From the NCBI GenBank assembly GCA_963702845.1, contig OY969763.1:1536001-1600000 (forward strand): DNA of 64,000 nt. Direction: 5' to 3'. This DNA is from an uncultured Verrucomicrobiae bacterium. Lineage in GTDB: Bacteria > Verrucomicrobiota > Verrucomicrobiia > Limisphaerales > Palsa-1400. Positions 52,301 through 61,596 of this stretch are shown here, piece after piece (position 1 is the first letter of the stretch; the number at the start of each line of letters is the position of its first letter). Made by a program: the position numbers and the translations under genes. Below the pieces are notes generated by a model. The model did not search any database and had not been told where the DNA came from. It saw only the letters and a program-made list of their open reading frames with translations.

Positions 52301-54670
52301 GCGGCGACGAACGGCGGTGTCTACAACATCACTGGCTTGCCAAAAACGGCCACTGCCGCAACCCAGGTCATCACGTATCCCACAATGAACCTCGTCAACG
52401 AATTCGCGGTCAGTTCTGACGGAAACACCATCTACCTCGCAACTGGAGGTATCAATAACAGCACCGGGAACGGAATCGAACGCTGGGACAAGAGCGGCGC
52501 GACCTGGACCAGCAACGCCGTGTTCTCCACAGGCGTCGGTGCCCGCGGATTGGTCGTTGATTGGAGCGGATTTTCCGGTGGTGGCGCTACTGGTACCGGA
52601 GCGGTGGTTTATTTCACAACCGCTGAAACGAACGACAACAAGCTGGTGAAACTGGTTGATGCAGGGACGCCAACGATTACAACGCTGCAGAGTGCCGGCC
52701 CTAACCAAATCTTCCGTAGCGTCAAATTTGGTCCGGCGTCAATAGCTCCGACCATCACATGCCCGGCGCCTGTTTCTGTTCAATGCGACGGTGATGTGCC
52801 TGCGGCGGACTTCGCTGGCGGCAGCTCGACGGTCAGCTGTGGCACGGCGACTGTGACTCAAGTGGGTAGCGATTCCGTCTCCGGCTTCAACCCGAAGACG
52901 ATCACTCGCACGTATCAAGTCACAGACGGATGCGGCAACACCGCAACCTGCGCCCAGACCATCACGGTACAGGACACCACTCCTCCTGTCGTAACTCTTA
53001 ACGGCGCATCGGACGTGACGGTGGAATGTCACGACGCCTACGTTGATCCTGGCGCGGGTGCTAGCGACGCATGCGATGCAACAGTTGCTTCGACATCTCA
53101 GAGCGGCACAGTGAACCTGAATGCTGTGGGTGATTACACCCGCACCTATTCCGCCACTGACGTTGCGGGTAACACCGGCACGGCCACGCGGGCCATTCAC
53201 GTCGTTGACACAACCGCACCGGTTATCACGCTCAACGGCAGCAGCCCTGATACCGCTTGCCTCAACGGCGGTGCTTATGTTGATCCAGGCGCCACAGCGA
53301 ACGACGCCTGCCTCGGCTCGCTCGCTCCGGCTGCTGGCGGCGTAGTTGACACCACCACTGCGGGTTCATACACGCTGACCTACTTCGCAACCGATGGTGT
53401 TAATTCTTCTACCGCGACTCGCGTCGTAACTGTCGGAACCTGTGCGCCGTTCATCACTGCGCAACCGGTCAACCTGATCGTCACCACCAAGGGCTCCGCA
53501 ACGAACAGCGTCACTGCTGGCGGAACCGGACCGTTCGGCTATCAGTGGTACTTCATCAAGAACGGCACCACGACGCCGAAGAAGATGGTCAAGAGCTCGA
53601 CAATCCCGGCTGTGACCAACGCCACGCTTATCATCAACAACGTAGCTGGCCCGGCCAATAACGGCTCCTACTACTGTGTTGTCACCAACACCACCCTCCA
53701 CCTTGGTGCGCAGAGCGCCAATGGAACGCTGACGGTTTACGACGGACCGACGGTAACAATCGCTCCGCCGAGCAAGACGTTGCTGGCTGGTTTCAACTAC
53801 ACCATGGTTGCCAAAGTGACCAAGGGTGCGGTTGGTCAGACCCTGAGCTATCAATGGAAGAAAGAGGGAAACCCCATCCTTGGCGCAACCACCTCGACCT
53901 ACTCGCTGGTGAACATTCAGAACCCTCCTGATGCTGGGGTTTACTCCTGCACGGTGAGCAACAACTCGCCAACAAGTGGTACGGCCACCTTCACGCTGAC
54001 GGTCACTCAAGACACCGAAGTTCCCAAAGTGGTGCTCTTGTTGAAGCCGACAGACATGGCGGCCAAACACGCGTTGACGACCAACGACGTCCCACTCGAT
54101 GCGACCGGAACCAATCACGCGCCTGATGTCGACTTCATCGGCAAGGCAGTGGATAAAGGTCTAATCGTCTCAGCCTGGGTCAGCAACTCCGTCAATCAGG
54201 CGGTGTTCCCGGCGACATTCGTGAAGAAGATAACCGATCTGACGGGAACGAACACCTCGGCTGGCAAGCCGGCGTTCTTCCTCTCGCACGTGAGCCTGGT
54301 AGATGGAACCAACATCTTCTGGGGTTTGGCGACTGACTCGGATGGTAACACGACCAACACCGCGAAGGGCACCAAAGTGTTCTTCATTGCCAATCCGCAA
54401 GCGCTGACCTTGGCGAAGAGTGGAACTGGCAATATCACCTCGGTGACTGACACGACCACGAAGAACTGGGGCAACCCGACGAACACAGCAGTGCTCGCGG
54501 CTGGCCACAACTACACGATCAAGGCGACGCCAATCGGTCACCTCGTTACCTTCCAGAAATGGACCGTGTCAGATAGCACCGGGCCATTGGCTGATCAACT
54601 GGCCAATCCGTTGACCTTCACCATGACTCCTGGACGGACCAATACGGCTGTGTTTTCGAACCACCCGTAA
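49343..54670 (+). CDS. Giant secreted Ig-domain protein (Ig repeats, propeller-like insert, DUF5011-like repeats, shared C-terminal module)
   Basis: 1775 aa ORF; signal peptide from MKTKALYP; repeated ITTQP...LTYQW.K...DAG.Y.C.V. Confidence 0.9.
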   Translation: MYQSVNTPSSLMKTKALYPIIAGFMLASMNSLLAFPSFDPMSDASYTAGSSVAGKTDQGGDTWIGVATTTTAGSAPKLESFTFAPVTGLPAPTGTVAAHVTKPSAAAGGPGIRMDISAGGITTGTVYASMFLKCTNIANLASSTTAVTGGGIFCAALTADSGTTTGQPAQTAARLVFRKSANYSTAIPVYNIGVAKNRGTNAASGNPAAVYSSADFGTNDLLFVVLAYTFNSPATNDDVVKLWINPSSSSFGQATEPATAIQAGTAAVCTAANQPSSGAVAAGVLDDADAAKVGSFTVWARSTTQPDDMLIDEVRLGTTWAFVTGAPEISTQPAATATAGAGDNLTNSVVARSGSTATGSELTYQWFKGATLLSNGSSGNGSTYSGATTASLTISTAATTDSDTYKCVVANTMGSVTSSSSVVTVTGADPVITTQPPAATALTVNGTLNLSVVASTSNGPLTYKWQKDGANVVTDGTRIFGSTTSSLTINNLTAADAGNYLCSVTNALTAGTNSTTCVVTVSDPIITTQPSNVTTNYGTTATFHVVGSGSGTLTYQWRKAGVNLSNGASGSGSTYGNSQTDTLTIANVSFADQSASYTVVVTGAGTATSNNKSLIVKDPIINTPPADASATVGGSANFSVVAVGSGPITYQWLHITATTTNNVGAGAATLTLASITAADAGSYRCNVSGADGAIYPSANAVLTVLTPVSISEGPASRELKVGDHAAFTVVAAGTPPFSYGWSKDGSPISGATDSILAFSSLATGDAGSYTVSVTNLSGTASASASAVLAVRAGLHHLSTTNLVVTRVGDGAEPLIVTNGNTIYIDQYGTNGTYVSSMMIPDTGSGALVVAGQDNTGGALGLGEACLSPSPDGTVLTLSGYNVARPYNSLSSISTDNASVAPRGVGLITGSGNYQLGMRVTNSLITGGYRAVLTDNTQTNFWLVGGNMGVRYFNTGSTGAGVVIATGGTGGNNRFIGTFNGDIFMASAATNGGVYNITGLPKTATAATQVITYPTMNLVNEFAVSSDGNTIYLATGGINNSTGNGIERWDKSGATWTSNAVFSTGVGARGLVVDWSGFSGGGATGTGAVVYFTTAETNDNKLVKLVDAGTPTITTLQSAGPNQIFRSVKFGPASIAPTITCPAPVSVQCDGDVPAADFAGGSSTVSCGTATVTQVGSDSVSGFNPKTITRTYQVTDGCGNTATCAQTITVQDTTPPVVTLNGASDVTVECHDAYVDPGAGASDACDATVASTSQSGTVNLNAVGDYTRTYSATDVAGNTGTATRAIHVVDTTAPVITLNGSSPDTACLNGGAYVDPGATANDACLGSLAPAAGGVVDTTTAGSYTLTYFATDGVNSSTATRVVTVGTCAPFITAQPVNLIVTTKGSATNSVTAGGTGPFGYQWYFIKNGTTTPKKMVKSSTIPAVTNATLIINNVAGPANNGSYYCVVTNTTLHLGAQSANGTLTVYDGPTVTIAPPSKTLLAGFNYTMVAKVTKGAVGQTLSYQWKKEGNPILGATTSTYSLVNIQNPPDAGVYSCTVSNNSPTSGTATFTLTVTQDTEVPKVVLLLKPTDMAAKHALTTNDVPLDATGTNHAPDVDFIGKAVDKGLIVSAWVSNSVNQAVFPATFVKKITDLTGTNTSAGKPAFFLSHVSLVDGTNIFWGLATDSDGNTTNTAKGTKVFFIANPQALTLAKSGTGNITSVTDTTTKNWGNPTNTAVLAAGHNYTIKATPIGHLVTFQKWTVSDSTGPLADQLANPLTFTMTPGRTNTAVFSNHP

Positions 54671-54686
54671 TTGGAAATTGATTCAC

Positions 54687-54718
54687 AAGGCGTCCTGCTT
54701 CGGCAGGACGCCTTTTTT
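54687..54718 (+). terminator. Rho-independent terminator
   Basis: AAGGCGTCCTGC-TTCG-GCAGGACGCCTTTTTT. Confidence 0.9.
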
Positions 54719-54780
54719 GTTTGGAAGGCGGTCGTTCGTTTCACCTTTGCACTTTAGACACTTGCGGCTACCTTGCTCCC

Positions 54781-55605
54781 GTGTTCTGGAATACCGGTAA
54801 AAACTATTTCCTGCTCGCCGTAATCGCTTACGGCTTGAGCATGATTTACTCCGTGTTCCTCTGGCGCAAGGGCTTGCGGCGCGATGACCGCATCAATTAC
54901 GGCCTCCTGTTAGCAGGCCTCGGACTGCACACCTACTCAATGGTTTTGCGCGGTGCCAGCCTTCAACATTGCCCGGTCAACAACATCTACGAAGCAATTT
55001 CCTTTGTAATTTGGACCATCGTCGCCGTCTACGCCGTAGCCGGCGTGATGCCGCGCTTGCGCTTCATTGGAGTGTTCGCGTCGCCCATCGTTTTCGTTAT
55101 GGGCGTCTTCGCGCTCATGCCTGGACTCGACCCCATTTACAAAGACAAACCGGTTTTCCAAAGCGACCTTTCCAGCATTCACGGCGCTCTCAGTTTGCTC
55201 TCGTATGGCGCTTTCGGTTTGGCGTGTGTCGCCGGGCTCATGTATCTCAGCCAGGAGCACGATCTTAAGTTCAACAAATTCCGCGCCGTCTTCTCGATCA
55301 TGCCGGCTATCGATCGCCTGGAAAAAATTATGAACGGCCTTCTCATCGCTGGCTTCGTCCTGTTCACGTGCGGGTTTGCGATTAGCCTGGTATTGCTCAA
55401 CCAACAGTTCCACACCTGGTTCAATCTCGACATCAAATTGATCTGGTCCTGCATCGTCTGGGTGATTTACCTCGCGCTGCTCCTGATGCGTGGGCCGTTT
55501 GCCCAGACTGGACGTCGCTTCGCGTGGGGCGCCGTTGCCAGTTTTGTTTTCATTTCCCTGACGTTCTGGGGAATTAACCCAATGTCGGCAGCTCATCGAT
55601 TCTAG
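54781..55605 (+). CDS. ccsA: Cytochrome c assembly protein family (CcsA/HemX-like)
   Basis: About 8 TM segments, CPVNNIYEA, SIHGALSLLSY, YLSQEHDLK, DIKLIWS; directly upstream of hemA. Confidence 0.8.
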   Translation: MFWNTGKNYFLLAVIAYGLSMIYSVFLWRKGLRRDDRINYGLLLAGLGLHTYSMVLRGASLQHCPVNNIYEAISFVIWTIVAVYAVAGVMPRLRFIGVFASPIVFVMGVFALMPGLDPIYKDKPVFQSDLSSIHGALSLLSYGAFGLACVAGLMYLSQEHDLKFNKFRAVFSIMPAIDRLEKIMNGLLIAGFVLFTCGFAISLVLLNQQFHTWFNLDIKLIWSCIVWVIYLALLLMRGPFAQTGRRFAWGAVASFVFISLTFWGINPMSAAHRF

Positions 55606-55607
55606 CC

Positions 55608-56687
55608 GTGTCCATCATCGTCATCGGATTAAGCCACCGTTCTTCGCCCGTATCCGTGCGCGAACGGTTTGCGTTTGCCGACGCCATCGTGCCGCAGGTT
55701 CTCGAAAAAATCCGCAACGAAGGCATCGCCACCGAAGCCGTCATTCTATCGACCTGCAATCGCGTCGAAATTTACGCCGCCACGCAGCTGTCGCAAATGG
55801 ACGCCATTTGCGCGCTACGCAAATTTTTGGTCGACCACCACAAATACGACGGCTCGCTGACCACCGAAATTTACGCGCACGGCCAACCGCACAGCGTCGA
55901 GCATCTTTTTAAAGTTGCCTGCGGCCTTGATTCCATGGTCCTCGGCGAGACCGAAATTCTCGGCCAACTCAAGAAAGCCTATCAACTCGCACTCGAAGCC
56001 AAATCCACCGGCGCGCGCCTGAACAAAGCCTTTCAAAAAGCCTTCAACGTCGCCAAGCAAGTCCGCACCGACACCAACATTCAACGCGGCAGCATTTCCG
56101 TTGGCTCCGTCGCCGTCGAACTCGCCGAAAAGATTTTCAGCCATCTCGACGAACGCCACGTCATGATCATCGGGGCAGGGGACACCGGCGAAAAAACCGC
56201 GCGCGCGCTCCTGAGCCGCGGTGCCAAGAGCATCATTGTTTCCAATCGCTCTTACGATCGCGCCGTCACATTGGCGCAGGAGTTCAACGGTCGCGCCGTC
56301 CACTTCGACGATTGGGCCAGCGAGTTCGCCGGCGTCGACATTATCATCAGCAGCACCGCCGCGCCCCATTGCATTTTGAATCGCGCCAAACTCGAGCCGC
56401 TGATGAAGCTGCGCAAAAACCGTTCGCTGCTCCTCATCGATATCGCCGTCCCGCGCGACATCGATCCTGACGTGAATTACCTGCAGAACGTCTACCTCTA
56501 CAACATCGACGACCTGCAGACCATGGCCGAGGGTTACCTCAATCTACGTCGCGAAGAAATCGCCCGCTGCGAAACCATCATTCGCGAAAAAGCCGCCTCA
56601 CTCATTCCCAACACGATTCCGCAATCGACAGCGAACCACGGCACCGGCATTCTCGCGCCAGTCCGGCTTCTGACCAGTGACAACTGA
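55608..56687 (+). CDS. hemA: Glutamyl-tRNA reductase (short form lacking most of the C-terminal dimerisation domain)
   Basis: GLSHRSSPVSVRE, STCNRVEIY, GLDSMVLGETEILGQ, IGAGDTG, DIAVPRDID. Confidence 0.95.
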   Translation: MSIIVIGLSHRSSPVSVRERFAFADAIVPQVLEKIRNEGIATEAVILSTCNRVEIYAATQLSQMDAICALRKFLVDHHKYDGSLTTEIYAHGQPHSVEHLFKVACGLDSMVLGETEILGQLKKAYQLALEAKSTGARLNKAFQKAFNVAKQVRTDTNIQRGSISVGSVAVELAEKIFSHLDERHVMIIGAGDTGEKTARALLSRGAKSIIVSNRSYDRAVTLAQEFNGRAVHFDDWASEFAGVDIIISSTAAPHCILNRAKLEPLMKLRKNRSLLLIDIAVPRDIDPDVNYLQNVYLYNIDDLQTMAEGYLNLRREEIARCETIIREKAASLIPNTIPQSTANHGTGILAPVRLLTSDN

Positions 56688-56709
56688 CCACTGATACCGC
56701 ACAACTGAC

Positions 56710-57690
56710 ATGCCCGAAAAACCAATCATCATCGCGACCCGTGGCAGCGCTCTCGCCCTCGCGCAAGCGAACAAAGTCCTCGCCGATTGCCGGGAAAAAT
56801 TTCCGAAGCTCACCTTCGAAATCAAAATCATCAAAACCACTGGCGATAAATTGCAAACGGCCTCGATGGCGCGCATCGATGCCAACTTACCACGCGGTTT
56901 GTTCACCAAAGAACTCGAAGTCGCGCTCCTCAACGGTGAGGCCGATTTCGCCGTGCACAGTCTCAAAGATCTGCCGACCGAACTTCCCCCCGGCCTGACG
57001 CTTGGCGCCGTCGGCGGCAAACGTGCCGACGTCCGCGACGTGTTAATTTATCGCGAAGCTTCCGCAACCCAAACCGCCAGTCGCGGTTTCAAACCCGGAA
57101 CGACGCTAAAAGATTTTCCTGCTAGCACAGTCGTCGCTACAAGCAGCACCCGTCGCAAAGCGCAACTGCTCGCGCTCAAGCCCGACCTTAAAGTTGTCGA
57201 AATTCGCGGCAACGTTGCCACGCGCCTGCAAAAACTCGCTGACAACGCCGAGATCGACGCCACCGTCCTCGCCGCCGCTGGCCTCGGCCGCCTCAATTTC
57301 ACCATCACACCCGAAGGCTGTCTCATCGGCGATGCTGTCCCGGACGGCACGCTCGCAGTATTACTCGACGTCGACAAAATGCTCCCGTGCGTGGGGCAGG
57401 GCGCCATTGGTCTCGAAACGCGCGAAAACGACGCACGCATCAGCGCCATCGTCGCTGGCCTCGACGATTTCAACACCTTCCACTGCGTCACCGCCGAACG
57501 TGCCTTGCTTCGCGGCATGGGCGGCGGTTGCCAAACTCCCATCGGCGCTTACGCCGAAGTGGTGAACCAAAATATTTTTCTGCGCGCCGTGAGTTTCATG
57601 GAAGCCACCGTCAAACGCGTCGAAGGCACCCGTCCCATCGCCGAAGCCGCCGCACTCGGCCAGGAACTAGCCGCAAAACTGAAGTCTTAA
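56710..57690 (+). CDS. hemC: Hydroxymethylbilane synthase
   Basis: ATRGSALALAQ, GLFTKELE, AVHSLKDLPT, IRGNVATRL, GGGCQTPIG. Confidence 0.96.
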   Translation: MPEKPIIIATRGSALALAQANKVLADCREKFPKLTFEIKIIKTTGDKLQTASMARIDANLPRGLFTKELEVALLNGEADFAVHSLKDLPTELPPGLTLGAVGGKRADVRDVLIYREASATQTASRGFKPGTTLKDFPASTVVATSSTRRKAQLLALKPDLKVVEIRGNVATRLQKLADNAEIDATVLAAAGLGRLNFTITPEGCLIGDAVPDGTLAVLLDVDKMLPCVGQGAIGLETRENDARISAIVAGLDDFNTFHCVTAERALLRGMGGGCQTPIGAYAEVVNQNIFLRAVSFMEATVKRVEGTRPIAEAAALGQELAAKLKS

Positions 57691-57821
57691 GCATTCCGGA
57701 GTGCGGGTGTCCACTCCCGCAGCAACATCAATCGCCGGACACGCTCCCCACATCGCGAAGCATCTTGGACTGCGGCTGCGACGCCGACGTTCGGCCCCTC
57801 TTTCGCTTTTGCATTTACCAC

Positions 57822-58574
57822 TTACTTCCGCGAACTCCGCATCACAAAATCCCGCGTGCGCTGAAACTGCGGATTATCAAAAACTTTTTCCGGCGGCCCG
57901 GACTCCGCGATGCGCCCGCCATCAAAAAACAAAACCTCATCGGCCATATCGCGCGCGAACTGCATCTCGTGCGTGACCACGATCATCGTCATTCCTTCCT
58001 CGCACAAATCGCGCATCACCTTCAACACTTCATTGCGCAGCTCGGGATCGAGCGAGCTCGTCGGTTCGTCGAACAACATCACCTGCGGCCGCATCGCCAG
58101 CGCCCGCGCAATCGCCACTCGCTGTTGTTGCCCGCCGGAAAGCTGCATCGGATACGCATCCGCTTTGTGTTCCAGGCCGATCTTTTGCAAAAGCATCCGC
58201 GCCCGCGTCTCGGCTTCCTCTTTCGATTCGCCTTTCACCACCATCGGCGCTTCCGTGATGTTGCGCAGCACCGTGAGATGCGGGAATAAATTGAAACTTT
58301 GAAACACCATGCCGGCGCGCAAACGCAACTGCCGTTGCTGCTCGCGCTCGATGGAATTCTGCGGCGCACGCCCGCCTTCAATCGTCACGCCATCAATCGT
58401 GATCCGACCCGAGTCCGCGATTTCCAATTGGTTCAAGCACCGCAAGAACGTGCTCTTGCCGCAACCGCTCGGCCCGATCAACACGACCGCTTCGCCGAGT
58501 TTCTGCTCGTGATTCACGCCGTGCAGCACGCGAGTTGCCTTATACGATTTGACCAATTGCTCAACGACAATCAT
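57822..58574 (-). CDS. Polar amino acid ABC transporter ATP-binding protein (GlnQ-like)
   Basis: GPSGCGKST, FQSFNLFPHLT, LSGGQQQRVAIARAL, FDEPTSSLDPE. Confidence 0.95.
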   Translation of the reverse strand: MIVVEQLVKSYKATRVLHGVNHEQKLGEAVVLIGPSGCGKSTFLRCLNQLEIADSGRITIDGVTIEGGRAPQNSIEREQQRQLRLRAGMVFQSFNLFPHLTVLRNITEAPMVVKGESKEEAETRARMLLQKIGLEHKADAYPMQLSGGQQQRVAIARALAMRPQVMLFDEPTSSLDPELRNEVLKVMRDLCEEGMTMIVVTHEMQFARDMADEVLFFDGGRIAESGPPEKVFDNPQFQRTRDFVMRSSRK

Positions 58575-58668
58575 ATACGTTCAATGGTTGGGCGCGTCGC
58601 TCCGCGCGCACCGCTTGTTTCCATTTTCCGCTCTCTTCGTTCCCTTCGTTTCCTTCTGTTCACGTTTG

Positions 58669-60267
58669 TTATCTCCGCTCATACGCCAGTCTCCGTTCCA
58701 AATAGTTGGCAAAAATCGACGCCGGATAACTCAGCGCGAAATAAATTGCCGCCGTCATTAAACCCAACCCGATATAATCGTAAGTGGACATTGCCAGCAT
58801 GCCGTAGACCTTCGTCAGTTCGACCATGGTGATGACCGAGACGATAGACGAATCCTTGAACATCGCGATGAAATCGTTCGTCACTGGCGGGATGATCATT
58901 CGCATTGCCTGCGGCAAAATGATATGGCGCACATATTGTTTGCGCGTCATCCCGAGCGCTTGCGCCGCTTCCGTTTGCCCGTGTGGAATCGCCTGGATAC
59001 CGGCGCGATAATTCTCCGCTTCATTCGCCGCGTAATTCAAACCCAGCCCGATGATCGCCGCGAAAAACGCGTTCAACCGAATCCCGACCTGCGGCAGCCC
59101 GTAATAAATCAAAAACAACTGAATCAACAACGGCGTCCCGCGCATCACCTCCACATACGCCCTGGCGAACCAGCGCAAGGGCGCGACCCCATACAACCGC
59201 ATCAACACAATGATCAAGCCAACGACCACCGCCAACGCCATCGCCAGTACCGAAATCTCCACCGTCACCACCGCGCCGCGCAAGAGTAGGGGAAGATACT
59301 TCGACCATTGGCGAATCGTTGAAACGTTCGTTGGCGTAACGTTCGCTTCTGCTTTGTCGCTTGCTGCTTGAGCAGGCGTAGGTTCGACTTTTTTCCGGTG
59401 CTGCAGCGCTATCTGTCTTGCATCCCAAACATCGTATTTGCTGTAGATGCGCTCATAAGTTCCATCGTTTGCGAGTTCTGTCAGCGCCTTGTTGATCGCT
59501 GCTAACAAGTTCGTGTCTGCCTTCCGTACGCCGGCAGCGTAATATCCAGGCGCGAACGACTTGCCGGCAAACTGCACCTCCACGTCCGGCTTCGCATAGA
59601 ACTGCGCCGTTGGCAGGTCCATTACGGCTGCGTCGATTCGGTGCGCTTTTAAGTCTCGCAAGGTCTCGACGTTGCCTGGATAGGACATCAAATTGATCCC
59701 GCCGGTCTTATCAAGCAGCTTCCACGAAACCGAGGACGACAAGACGCCAACGGTAAGTCCCTTTAATTCCTCCAACGAATCCATCCGCCTCGTGCGCTTG
59801 AGCACAACGATCTGCTGCGCATACACGAAGTAAGGAATCGACATCGCAATGTGCCGCTGATTCTGCTGCGTGAGTTCGAGGCCGTTCAGGATGATATCGA
59901 ATCCGCCGCGGTCCAGTGCGGGGATGAGTTGGTCCCATTGATTTTGGACGAACTTTGCTTTCACCCCGAGCTTCGCGGCCAGGGCATCGGCCAACTCCTT
60001 CTCAAACCCGATCAATTCATCCGGCCTATCGGGATTTGGATACACGTAGGGTGCACCGCCTTCGGCATCGCCGCCCCACGCAAGAACACCGGACTCTTTT
60101 ATTTTCGCGAAAGTATCCTGAGAAAAAGCAGACGAAATTCCGGCTGCGACCAGTAGAACAACTAAGAAACTGCAAAACGTAACGCGCGATAAACGCGATG
60201 CGCAACTCACGAGTGCGACAATAGCACGTCTGTGTACAATGCAAGTAATGTTTAAAACCTTTTTCAA
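58669..60267 (-). CDS. Polar amino acid ABC transporter, fused substrate-binding and permease domains
   Basis: SBP_bac_3-type N-terminus (GGAPY, WDQLIPAL); permease RGTPLLIQLF, GQTEAAQALGM, FKDSS; start uncertain. Confidence 0.9.
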   Translation of the reverse strand: MKKVLNITCIVHRRAIVALVSCASRLSRVTFCSFLVVLLVAAGISSAFSQDTFAKIKESGVLAWGGDAEGGAPYVYPNPDRPDELIGFEKELADALAAKLGVKAKFVQNQWDQLIPALDRGGFDIILNGLELTQQNQRHIAMSIPYFVYAQQIVVLKRTRRMDSLEELKGLTVGVLSSSVSWKLLDKTGGINLMSYPGNVETLRDLKAHRIDAAVMDLPTAQFYAKPDVEVQFAGKSFAPGYYAAGVRKADTNLLAAINKALTELANDGTYERIYSKYDVWDARQIALQHRKKVEPTPAQAASDKAEANVTPTNVSTIRQWSKYLPLLLRGAVVTVEISVLAMALAVVVGLIIVLMRLYGVAPLRWFARAYVEVMRGTPLLIQLFLIYYGLPQVGIRLNAFFAAIIGLGLNYAANEAENYRAGIQAIPHGQTEAAQALGMTRKQYVRHIILPQAMRMIIPPVTNDFIAMFKDSSIVSVITMVELTKVYGMLAMSTYDYIGLGLMTAAIYFALSYPASIFANYLERRLAYERR

Positions 60268-60594
60268 AATTCATGTGTGGGAGACGAAGTGATGAGTCTC
60301 AAACCTGGGTCTGGATGCAGGAGACGAAGGTTATTCAGTGAGACCGGCGTAACCCACAATCCGGAATTTCGGAAACGAATCACCAAAACCGAGTTCCTCA
60401 CCTGTTTCATTTTCCTGAGTTCCTGAACGCTGAACACTTTCAGCATCTTTAGTCTCGAAACCATACCCAGTAATTACCTGGATCAAGGAAGATGACCCCG
60501 AGGTAGCAGCCCACGGAAAGCGCAGCGAGCCCCATGAGAAGCCACCAGCGAAAGTGCCGATCCTCGCCTCGACGCAGAATGCCCAGCCCAACTG

Positions 60595-61026
60595 CTGCGA
60601 CTCATGTGGCAGCACCTGCAATGTGTAGGTCTCGACGACAACGTCGAACGCTCCAATCCAATGCTGGGGAGCGGAAAACAGGTCAGCTACGACGTAAGCC
60701 ACACTCGAAACTGGGAAACGCTGATGGCACTGGGCTATGGCGGTAGGAGAGATGTCAAAGGCCGTGGTCTCCCAACCTCTACTGGCCATCCACTCAGAGT
60801 CATCACCAAGGCCGCATCCGACCTTCAGAGCGGAACCACTCTGTGGAAGCGGTGCAATCCGAGACGTCAAATCAATCAGATTCGGGTTTGGGCGAAGGTC
60901 TGCCCAAGGAATGGGAGTGCCAGCATGAAGTGCCTCCTGATAAAGCTCCTCAAACCAAGCGAGCGGCTCACCGCGACCCAAGGCGGCCTGCGCGAGTTCT
61001 CTGGCTCTGGCTCTCTTTGTGGACAC
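60595..61026 (-). pseudogene. SAM-dependent methyltransferase (TPMT-like) gene cassette, apparently truncated at the 3' end
   Basis: WFEELY, PWADLRPNP, VGCGLGDD, FDISPTAI, ADLF, ETYTLQVLP, then non-homologous read-through to 60331; no attC follows. Confidence 0.7.
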
Positions 61027-61044
61027 GGGTGATCCTATTGGCTG

Positions 61045-61167
61045 GGCGAACAATTAGCTCAGCCACAGCCGCCGAAGCGCGAGGTGGCCGAAGCCGGTGA
61101 CAACAGAATACTCATTGCGATAGAAATGCCAAGTGCGGCGGCTGTTGGCTGCAGCGCATGGTTAGGC
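61045..61167 (-). other. Integron attC site
   Basis: GCCTAAC-CATGCGCTGCAGCCAACAGCCGCC...GGCGGCTGTGGCTGAGCTAATT-GTTCGCC. Confidence 0.88.
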
Positions 61168-61173
61168 AATAAG

Positions 61174-61476
61174 TCATAGGTCATCAGCGGAGCCACCGAT
61201 CATCCGAATGAAGACGCGAGTAATGGCGACTAGGGCTAACGGGATCAATGGATAAAACCACCTCAGGTTGGGGTAATGAGGTCGCAGCATGATCATCGCA
61301 ATGATGCCGCTCGCAACGAGAATGACTTCGAGCCAAATCAGATGCCGCCAGTTGTATTCCAACCGGAGACTTTCCAACGCCTCATCCGGAAAAATGATCA
61401 GTACGGCAACGCCAAGAAACATGTAGCCGTAGCAAGGCGTGTGATTCGAGCTTCCGAGTAATGCAAACGCAATCAT
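61174..61476 (-). CDS. Cassette-borne small membrane protein
   Basis: Three or four hydrophobic segments, bounded by attC sites. Confidence 0.65.
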   Translation of the reverse strand: MIAFALLGSSNHTPCYGYMFLGVAVLIIFPDEALESLRLEYNWRHLIWLEVILVASGIIAMIMLRPHYPNLRWFYPLIPLALVAITRVFIRMIGGSADDL

Positions 61477-61505
61477 CTTGTAATTGGTGTGCGCATGGTG
61501 GTAGT

Positions 61506-61596
61506 GCCTAACGAAATCAGCTCAGCCAGCCCGTGTCAACAAACGTGAACCGCGAAGCGGAATGGAGAGCGGCTTGGCTGCAGCGCATGGTTAGAG
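61506..61596 (-). other. Integron attC site
   Basis: CTCTAAC-CATGCGCTGCAGCCAAGCC...GGCTGGCTGAGCTGATTTC-GTTAGGC. Confidence 0.88.

Noticed and set aside
23638..54541. Numerous minus-strand ORFs of 100-410 aa inside the giant genes and the BMC operon
   Set aside because: Shadow ORFs caused by codon bias in repetitive, GC-rich coding sequence.
56678..58665. Short heptamer, nonamer and REP-like intergenic motifs (56678-56709, 57695-57800, 58588-58660)
   Set aside because: Too short or degenerate to define from this window; probably common lineage-wide intergenic repeats.
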